NCBI GenBank assembly: GCA_937864225.1
Contig: CALMJK010000002.1
Span: 67,916 to 131,915, forward strand
Reading direction: 5' to 3'
DNA from: an uncultured bacterium
Lineage (GTDB): Bacteria; Krumholzibacteriota; Krumholzibacteriia; LZORAL124-64-63
DNA: 64,000 nt
Shown here: piece after piece, positions 8,953 through 15,864 of the stretch
How positions within the stretch are numbered: the stretch's first letter is position 1
How the letters are laid out: each line of letters starts with the position of its first letter
Made by a program: the position numbers and the translations under genes
The notes under the pieces: generated by a model
The model's database searches: none
What the model was told of the DNA's origin: nothing
Seen by the model: only the letters and a program-made list of their open reading frames with translations

Positions 8953-11796
8953 CTACCGGACGACGACGAACTTCCCTATGAAATCCTCGAACCGGTCGTC
9001 CTGCGACTGCACCGCGTACAGGTAGATCCCGCTCACGATCTCCTGCCCGTTCCGGCTGACCAGGTTCCACGACGCCTGCCCGTAGCCGCTCGTCCCGTCG
9101 TGATACACCGTCTGCACCAGATCGCCGTCCTCGGTGAAGATCTTGATCGTGTTGCGCGCCGCCGGCAGGTTCGCGAAACAGACGTGCACGCCGGTCGGGT
9201 CGTCCGCGTTGGGCAGGAACTCCTGGAACTCCTCCAGCGCGTCCCGCGTCGCCGGGTTCGGGTAGACATAAATGTTGGCGCCCTCGAGAGCGCGTTCCTC
9301 GGCGCTTTGCGCCGCCGCCGCGGGCACCGTGTGCGTGAACGAAGAACCCGGGTCACCCGATTGACCCTCCCCGATCGTCACATAATCGTCCCCCACGAGT
9401 CGGACGGAGTGATCGGTGGCCGTGACCGAGTAGAAATAGAGAAATCCATTGTGCACATCGTGGTCCACGTACTCGTAAAACCGCGTGCCGTGCTTGGCGA
9501 CCACGCCCACGCTCTCCGCGCGCGCGGCCGCCATGAAAAACGTGTCCAGCTCGGCCGGGTAGCCTTCCCAGGGCAGCAGCCCCTCCAACGCCGGGACCGG
9601 TATGCCGTCCCGGTCCCGCAGGGGCGGACGTGTCGACCAGGCGTTCTCGACATCGCCGTCCACGACCTCTTGCATCGCCTCCGGCAGACCGTCAAAACGC
9701 TCGCCGAAAGACGTGTCGGCCAGACACACCGGCATGTACTGGATCGACGTCAGACCCGTGTTCGCCCCCAGCGGCAGCGTTTCCGACACCACGGTGTGGT
9801 CGACCAGCTCCCGCGTGGTGATGAACGTGTTCACCACGTCGTATTCCGCGATCAACTGCCACAGCGTGCTTTCCGGACCGTTCACGACCGAAGAACCGAA
9901 CGGCCGCGTCCAGTTGTCGGCGCGCCAGATCCGGTAAGATTCGAAATCGATGACCGCCGTCCGGATGTCCTTCGTGACCTCGCTCCGGTCGTCCCAGAAA
10001 ACGTGCACGGTGTTGTCCAGCGGCCACACGCGCAGGCCCGGCGGCGGCGGCGCCATGCCCACCAGCCACCGGATGTTGTGCTCCATGCCGCCGATGCCCG
10101 TGCAACCGCCTTTCTCGCTGTCCGACGTAAGGGGCTCCCAGCAATTCCAGGTCTCCTGCAGCTGCGGCTTGTCGTTGTCGCAAATGATCCCGTTCTGACG
10201 CGAACACTCGAAACAATTGTCCATGTTCACGTAGACGCAGTGCTTGCCGAAATCAGGGTCGTCGATGTTCTCCACCACGGACAGGTCGTCTGCGACAATG
10301 CGCGGCCACGCCTGCGCCAGTTCCACGTCCACACACGACGTGTCCATGAAATCGGCCGCGAACGTGAAAATGGGATTCTGACCGCTCGCGTTGAGCGCGA
10401 AATCCTCCTGACAGATGCGCGTCTCCCGCCCATTCTGCCCGGTCGCGATGTCGCCGTCCGTGTTGAAATAGTTGCCGTAGAAGGTCAACGCCGCTTCCGC
10501 CGCGTTCGTCTGCAGCCCCTGCAGGCCAGGGCCAACCACGATCGCCGCCTGGAACTGCAGCGTGTCGCCAGGCGACAGCGTCTGGAACGGCCCGTTCGCC
10601 ACCAGAATGCGAAAATCGTTCTTCTTCGCCACGAACGTGTTGTTGTCGCGCTCTTCCCGCGACAGAAGCTCGTAGCGGTCCGAGTCGTTGACGGGATCGC
10701 CGCCCTGCTCGAAGGAAACCTGCCCGGCGAAGGCTTGATACGAGCGCACCTCCACCCGCAGCGGCGCCGTCTCCCCCGTGGGATCGGTGTCGTGCCCCAA
10801 AAACAGCAGACCAATGTAGCCGGGCGTCTGGCCGCTGTCTCCGTCGTCATCGAACATGTAGCCGACCGACACAGGCACGTAGCTCTTGTCCTTCGCCAGG
10901 ACCATGCCTTCCCACGAACCCGCCACGTCGTCGCTCGCAGCGTCGGCGACCGAACGCGGACCGATGTCGCAGTCGGCGAAAAATCCGATGTAGACATCCT
11001 CGATGGCCGCCACGCCGATGTTCGTGATGAAAAATTCGAACCCCACGAAATCATCGACGTCGTCGTTCTCCCACGCATAGGTCTGCATGATCACTTCAAG
11101 GTTCAACGGCACGTGGTCCGCGTACAACTCCCTGGCGATGCGCGTGTTGTCGTACATCGTGCAGACCATCATCTGGTTGCCCGCTTGACCGAAATCCTCG
11201 TCGATCAGACCATCATCGTCGTCGTCGTAGCCGTTGAGGATCTCCTCGTCGATCAGACCATCATCGTCGTCGTCGTTGGCCGCTTGCGGCGCCCGCCGCC
11301 CGCTGGCGTCCGCGTTGCCAGGCGGCCGCGTGAGAATCCCGCTGATCCCCTCGTAGATCGTGTCGCGCGCGTCGTCCCCCGGCCTGAACTCCATATCATA
11401 CTGCCCCGTGCTCACCAGCGGGCTGCCCAGCTGGATGCCCCCGACCCACAGACCCGCCGACCAGAGGTACTCAACGCCGCTGCCGGCCGGCCACTGCGCG
11501 GACGGCTTGTCGGACAAGGTGCTCGGGACGGAAAACCGCGATCCGATGAGGCCGAAGTTGGTGATGTTGATGTGCAGCTCACCCACGTTCATCACGTACG
11601 AGCCGTCGGTGATGTGCACGCCGTGCGGATCTTCGCGCCAGCTGTCCAGCGGATCGAAAAGCTCTACCCACGCCAACGCCGGCGTCGCCAAGGTCACCGC
11701 CAGCGCCGTCCCTGCGAGCGCCAGCGCCGCCGCGGCGAGCCGAATCCGCCGCCCCAGCGCCGCAGCAGCGCCCTCGGGCCAGGTGCGAGACAGCAT
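8953..11796 (-). CDS. large secreted protein with Asp-rich (thrombospondin-type-3-like) Ca-binding repeats and C-terminal FlgD-Ig-like / T9SS type-A sorting domain (copy A)
   Basis: 947 aa from ATG MLSRTWPEG. Signal peptide AALALAGTALAVTLATPALA. Repeats DDDDDGLIDEEILNGYDDDDDGLIDEDFGQ. C-terminus VYPNPATRD...IKIFTEDGDLV...WNLVSRNGQEIVSGIYLYAV...GKFVVVR fits the CTD sorting-domain pattern. Confidence 0.75.
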   Translation of the reverse strand: MLSRTWPEGAAAALGRRIRLAAAALALAGTALAVTLATPALAWVELFDPLDSWREDPHGVHITDGSYVMNVGELHINITNFGLIGSRFSVPSTLSDKPSAQWPAGSGVEYLWSAGLWVGGIQLGSPLVSTGQYDMEFRPGDDARDTIYEGISGILTRPPGNADASGRRAPQAANDDDDDGLIDEEILNGYDDDDDGLIDEDFGQAGNQMMVCTMYDNTRIARELYADHVPLNLEVIMQTYAWENDDVDDFVGFEFFITNIGVAAIEDVYIGFFADCDIGPRSVADAASDDVAGSWEGMVLAKDKSYVPVSVGYMFDDDGDSGQTPGYIGLLFLGHDTDPTGETAPLRVEVRSYQAFAGQVSFEQGGDPVNDSDRYELLSREERDNNTFVAKKNDFRILVANGPFQTLSPGDTLQFQAAIVVGPGLQGLQTNAAEAALTFYGNYFNTDGDIATGQNGRETRICQEDFALNASGQNPIFTFAADFMDTSCVDVELAQAWPRIVADDLSVVENIDDPDFGKHCVYVNMDNCFECSRQNGIICDNDKPQLQETWNCWEPLTSDSEKGGCTGIGGMEHNIRWLVGMAPPPPGLRVWPLDNTVHVFWDDRSEVTKDIRTAVIDFESYRIWRADNWTRPFGSSVVNGPESTLWQLIAEYDVVNTFITTRELVDHTVVSETLPLGANTGLTSIQYMPVCLADTSFGERFDGLPEAMQEVVDGDVENAWSTRPPLRDRDGIPVPALEGLLPWEGYPAELDTFFMAAARAESVGVVAKHGTRFYEYVDHDVHNGFLYFYSVTATDHSVRLVGDDYVTIGEGQSGDPGSSFTHTVPAAAAQSAEERALEGANIYVYPNPATRDALEEFQEFLPNADDPTGVHVCFANLPAARNTIKIFTEDGDLVQTVYHDGTSGYGQASWNLVSRNGQEIVSGIYLYAVQSQDDRFEDFIGKFVVVR
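11196..11276. repeat. two exact copies of a 33-bp unit (cctcgtcgatcagaccatcatcgtcgtcgtcgt) spaced 48 bp apart inside copy A; the same pair recurs in copy B about 4009 bp downstream
   Basis: Direct read. Encodes the duplicated DDDDDGLIDE Asp-rich module. Confidence 0.6.
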
Positions 11797-11964
11797 CGCG
11801 AGCTCCTTTCCGATCTGCGCAACATCTCGGCGGAACATCTCTCACGCGCATGTCGTCGCGACAACGATCAACATGAAATTACGGTTTCAGGTATCCGCCG
11901 ACAAGCGGACGCAAAACGGGCCCCTTGAAGGGGCCCGTGCGTTGCTGCGAAAAAATCGCGGGGG

Positions 11965-12897
11965 CTAGTAGGCGAACGACAGCGTCAGGCGATTCACCCA
12001 GCCCAGCGCCTGCATGTCGACCGCACTGTAGTCCAGACGCGCCTTCGACGTGCGCCCCGTCGCGAACTGCACGCCGAAGCCAAAGGCCAGGGCGTCGCTA
12101 TCGTAGTTCAGGTTGTAGCCCAGCCGGCCGTAGAACATGTTATTCAGGTTGTACTCTACTCCCATATTCGCCCGCTCACCAGCGTCCGACGGATGCTGGA
12201 ACTCCGCCGAGGCCACCAGCGCGTGATTGCGTCCCTGGAGTGCGCTGAAGCAGGCGCCGACCTTGAACGTCGTCGGCAACTTAGCCTCGCGGTCGTCGAA
12301 ATTGATCTTACCCCCCAGGTGTTGCATGACCATGCCCAGCTTCAGGCCGCGCACGCCGATGCGGTAGAGGATGCCGAAGTCCAGACTTGCGGAATTGACG
12401 CTGGTTTCAGCCAGACCCATGTGCAGGTAGTTGAGAGTGAAGCCGGAGGAAAATTTGTCCGTGAAAAAGCGCGCGTACGAGAAACCGAAGGAGGTCGAAC
12501 CGGCGTCGAAGGTCTGCCCGGTGCCCTCCGGTTCATACGCCGTGCGCACAATCATGGGATCCAACCACAGCGATCGGACCGAGAGCGCGAACGAACCCGG
12601 GATCTGCCTCGGATTGAACACCGCCACCGCCGAGGTAAGATTGATGTCCGCGGGCCACTCGACCTGCGAAATCATAAACTCGCTTCCCCGCACGTTCACC
12701 AGACCGGCCGGGTTCCAGAACACGGCCGACGCGTCGTCGGCCACGGCGGTGAAGGCCGCCCCCATGCCCGTGGCGCGGGCGGTCGTGCCTATCTGCAGGT
12801 ATTGGGCGCCGAAAGTGCCCACCTTCTCGAAGAACGCGGCCTGCGCCAGCCCAGGCAGGGCCAACACGACCAGGGTCAGGATCGTCCAGCGCTTCAT
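11965..12897 (-). CDS. PorV/PorQ-family (FadL-fold) outer-membrane beta-barrel protein
   Basis: Start at MKRWTILTLVVLALPGLAQA (GGAGG RBS). Motif GMGAAFTAVADDASAVFWNPAGL, then alternating amphipathic beta-strands, C-terminal aromatic (LTLSFAY). About 310 aa. Sits between the two cargo-gene copies. Confidence 0.6.
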   Translation of the reverse strand: MKRWTILTLVVLALPGLAQAAFFEKVGTFGAQYLQIGTTARATGMGAAFTAVADDASAVFWNPAGLVNVRGSEFMISQVEWPADINLTSAVAVFNPRQIPGSFALSVRSLWLDPMIVRTAYEPEGTGQTFDAGSTSFGFSYARFFTDKFSSGFTLNYLHMGLAETSVNSASLDFGILYRIGVRGLKLGMVMQHLGGKINFDDREAKLPTTFKVGACFSALQGRNHALVASAEFQHPSDAGERANMGVEYNLNNMFYGRLGYNLNYDSDALAFGFGVQFATGRTSKARLDYSAVDMQALGWVNRLTLSFAY

Positions 12898-12959
12898 GGG
12901 AACCTCCAAGTCCATCCACGGACGTGCCAGCATGGTCGGGGTGCTCGTTGAATCCGGCT

Positions 12960-15808
12960 CCCTACCGGACGACGACGAACTTCCCTATGAAATCCTCGAA
13001 CCGGTCGTCCTGCGACTGCACCGCGTACAGGTAGATCCCGCTCACGATCTCCTGCCCGTTCCGGCTGACCAGGTTCCACGACGCCTGCCCGTAGCCGCTC
13101 GTCCCGTCGTGATACACCGTCTGCACCAGATCGCCGTCCTCGGTGAAGATCTTGATCGTGTTGCGCGCCGCCGGCAGGTTCGCGAAACAGACGTGCACGC
13201 CGGTCGGGTCGTCCGCGTTGGGCAGGAACTCCTGGAACTCCTCCAGCGCGTCCCGCGTCGCCGGGTTCGGGTAGACATAAATGTTGGCGCCCTCGAGAGC
13301 GCGTTCCTCGGCGCTTTGCGCCGCCGCCGCGGGCACCGTGTGCGTGAACGAAGAACCCGGGTCACCCGATTGACCCTCCCCGATCGTCACATAATCGTCC
13401 CCCACGAGTCGGACGGAGTGATCGGTGGCCGTGACCGAGTAGAAATAGAGAAATCCATTGTGCACATCGTGGTCCACGTACTCGTAAAACCGCGTGCCGT
13501 GCTTGGCGACCACGCCCACGCTCTCCGCGCGCGCGGCCGCCATGAAAAACGTGTCCAGCTCGGCCGGGTAGCCTTCCCAGGGCAGCAGCCCCTCCAACGC
13601 CGGGACCGGTATGCCGTCCCGGTCCCGCAGGGGCGGACGTGTCGACCAGGCGTTCTCGACATCGCCGTCCACGACCTCTTGCATCGCCTCCGGCAGACCG
13701 TCAAAACGCTCGCCGAAAGACGTGTCGGCCAGACACACCGGCATGTACTGGATCGACGTCAGACCCGTGTTCGCCCCCAGCGGCAGCGTTTCCGACACCA
13801 CGGTGTGGTCGACCAGCTCCCGCGTGGTGATGAACGTGTTCACCACGTCGTATTCCGCGATCAACTGCCACAGCGTGCTTTCCGGACCGTTCACGACCGA
13901 AGAACCGAACGGCCGCGTCCAGTTGTCGGCGCGCCAGATCCGGTAAGATTCGAAATCGATGACCGCCGTCCGGATGTCCTTCGTGACCTCGCTCCGGTCG
14001 TCCCAGAAAACGTGCACGGTGTTGTCCAGCGGCCACACGCGCAGGCCCGGCGGCGGCGGCGCCATGCCCACCAGCCACCGGATGTTGTGCTCCATGCCGC
14101 CGATGCCCGTGCAACCGCCTTTCTCGCTGTCCGACGTAAGGGGCTCCCAGCAATTCCAGGTCTCCTGCAGCTGCGGCTTGTCGTTGTCGCAAATGATCCC
14201 GTTCTGACGCGAACACTCGAAACAATTGTCCATGTTCACGTAGACGCAGTGCTTGCCGAAATCAGGGTCGTCGATGTTCTCCACCACGGACAGGTCGTCT
14301 GCGACAATGCGCGGCCACGCCTGCGCCAGTTCCACGTCCACACACGACGTGTCCATGAAATCGGCCGCGAACGTGAAAATGGGATTCTGACCGCTCGCGT
14401 TGAGCGCGAAATCCTCCTGACAGATGCGCGTCTCCCGCCCATTCTGCCCGGTCGCGATGTCGCCGTCCGTGTTGAAATAGTTGCCGTAGAAGGTCAACGC
14501 CGCTTCCGCCGCGTTCGTCTGCAGCCCCTGCAGGCCAGGGCCAACCACGATCGCCGCCTGGAACTGCAGCGTGTCGCCAGGCGACAGCGTCTGGAACGGC
14601 CCGTTCGCCACCAGAATGCGAAAATCGTTCTTCTTCGCCACGAACGTGTTGTTGTCGCGCTCTTCCCGCGACAGAAGCTCGTAGCGGTCCGAGTCGTTGA
14701 CGGGATCGCCGCCCTGCTCGAAGGAAACCTGCCCGGCGAAGGCTTGATACGAGCGCACCTCCACCCGCAGCGGCGCCGTCTCCCCCGTGGGATCGGTGTC
14801 GTGCCCCAAAAACAGCAGACCAATGTAGCCGGGCGTCTGGCCGCTGTCTCCGTCGTCATCGAACATGTAGCCGACCGACACAGGCACGTAGCTCTTGTCC
14901 TTCGCCAGGACCATGCCTTCCCACGAACCCGCCACGTCGTCGCTCGCAGCGTCGGCGACCGAACGCGGACCGATGTCGCAGTCGGCGAAAAATCCGATGT
15001 AGACATCCTCGATGGCCGCCACGCCGATGTTCGTGATGAAAAATTCGAACCCCACGAAATCATCGACGTCGTCGTTCTCCCACGCATAGGTCTGCATGAT
15101 CACTTCAAGGTTCAACGGCACGTGGTCCGCGTACAACTCCCTGGCGATGCGCGTGTTGTCGTACATCGTGCAGACCATCATCTGGTTGCCCGCTTGACCG
15201 AAATCCTCGTCGATCAGACCATCATCGTCGTCGTCGTAGCCGTTGAGGATCTCCTCGTCGATCAGACCATCATCGTCGTCGTCGTTGGCCGCTTGCGGCG
15301 CCCGCCGCCCGCTGGCGTCCGCGTTGCCAGGCGGCCGCGTGAGAATCCCGCTGATCCCCTCGTAGATCGTGTCGCGCGCGTCGTCCCCCGGCCTGAACTC
15401 CATATCATACTGCCCCGTGCTCACCAGCGGGCTGCCCAGCTGGATGCCCCCGACCCACAGACCCGCCGACCAGAGGTACTCAACGCCGCTGCCGGCCGGC
15501 CACTGCGCGGACGGCTTGTCGGACAAGGTGCTCGGGACGGAAAACCGCGATCCGATGAGGCCGAAGTTGGTGATGTTGATGTGCAGCTCACCCACGTTCA
15601 TCACGTACGAGCCGTCGGTGATGTGCACGCCGTGCGGATCTTCGCGCCAGCTGTCCAGCGGATCGAAAAGCTCTACCCACGCCAACGCCGGCGTCGCCAA
15701 GGTCACCGCCAGCGCCGTCCCTGCGAGCGCCAGCGCCGCCGCGGCGAGCCGAATCCGCCGCCCCAGCGCCGCAGCAGCGCCCTCGGGCCAGGTGCGAGAC
15801 AGCATCGC
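12960..15808. repeat. 2.85-kb segmental duplication, copy B
   Basis: See copy A. Exact identity on direct comparison of both blocks. Confidence 0.85.
12962..15805 (-). CDS. large secreted protein with Asp-rich repeats and FlgD-Ig-like/T9SS-type CTD (copy B, identical to copy A)
   Basis: Same translation as copy A from MLSRTWPEG to KFVVVR. The upstream and downstream flanks differ. Confidence 0.75.
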   Translation of the reverse strand: MLSRTWPEGAAAALGRRIRLAAAALALAGTALAVTLATPALAWVELFDPLDSWREDPHGVHITDGSYVMNVGELHINITNFGLIGSRFSVPSTLSDKPSAQWPAGSGVEYLWSAGLWVGGIQLGSPLVSTGQYDMEFRPGDDARDTIYEGISGILTRPPGNADASGRRAPQAANDDDDDGLIDEEILNGYDDDDDGLIDEDFGQAGNQMMVCTMYDNTRIARELYADHVPLNLEVIMQTYAWENDDVDDFVGFEFFITNIGVAAIEDVYIGFFADCDIGPRSVADAASDDVAGSWEGMVLAKDKSYVPVSVGYMFDDDGDSGQTPGYIGLLFLGHDTDPTGETAPLRVEVRSYQAFAGQVSFEQGGDPVNDSDRYELLSREERDNNTFVAKKNDFRILVANGPFQTLSPGDTLQFQAAIVVGPGLQGLQTNAAEAALTFYGNYFNTDGDIATGQNGRETRICQEDFALNASGQNPIFTFAADFMDTSCVDVELAQAWPRIVADDLSVVENIDDPDFGKHCVYVNMDNCFECSRQNGIICDNDKPQLQETWNCWEPLTSDSEKGGCTGIGGMEHNIRWLVGMAPPPPGLRVWPLDNTVHVFWDDRSEVTKDIRTAVIDFESYRIWRADNWTRPFGSSVVNGPESTLWQLIAEYDVVNTFITTRELVDHTVVSETLPLGANTGLTSIQYMPVCLADTSFGERFDGLPEAMQEVVDGDVENAWSTRPPLRDRDGIPVPALEGLLPWEGYPAELDTFFMAAARAESVGVVAKHGTRFYEYVDHDVHNGFLYFYSVTATDHSVRLVGDDYVTIGEGQSGDPGSSFTHTVPAAAAQSAEERALEGANIYVYPNPATRDALEEFQEFLPNADDPTGVHVCFANLPAARNTIKIFTEDGDLVQTVYHDGTSGYGQASWNLVSRNGQEIVSGIYLYAVQSQDDRFEDFIGKFVVVR

Positions 15809-15864
15809 TGCATTCCTTTCCCGTCCGCCCGCCGCGCTCCGTGCGCGCGCGCGGCGCGGTCTAA

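Larger units (their letters stand above)
8951..11799. repeat. 2.85-kb segmental duplication, copy A (perfect, ORF-bounded)
   Basis: Identical nucleotide sequence to 12960..15808 (offset 4009 bp). All nested six-frame ORFs in the two blocks translate identically. Identity begins about 2 nt 3' of the stop codon and ends about 3 nt 5' of the ATG. Confidence 0.85.

Noticed and set aside
8521-11928. 1135-aa plus-strand ORF, and its twin 12431..15868 (+) of 1145 aa, spanning the duplicated region
   Set aside because: These are antisense shadows of the minus-strand cargo genes in a 70% GC region. Translation is Arg/Val/His/Pro-rich low complexity with no signal peptide or domain signatures. The minus-strand frames carry clear signal peptides and CTD motifs.
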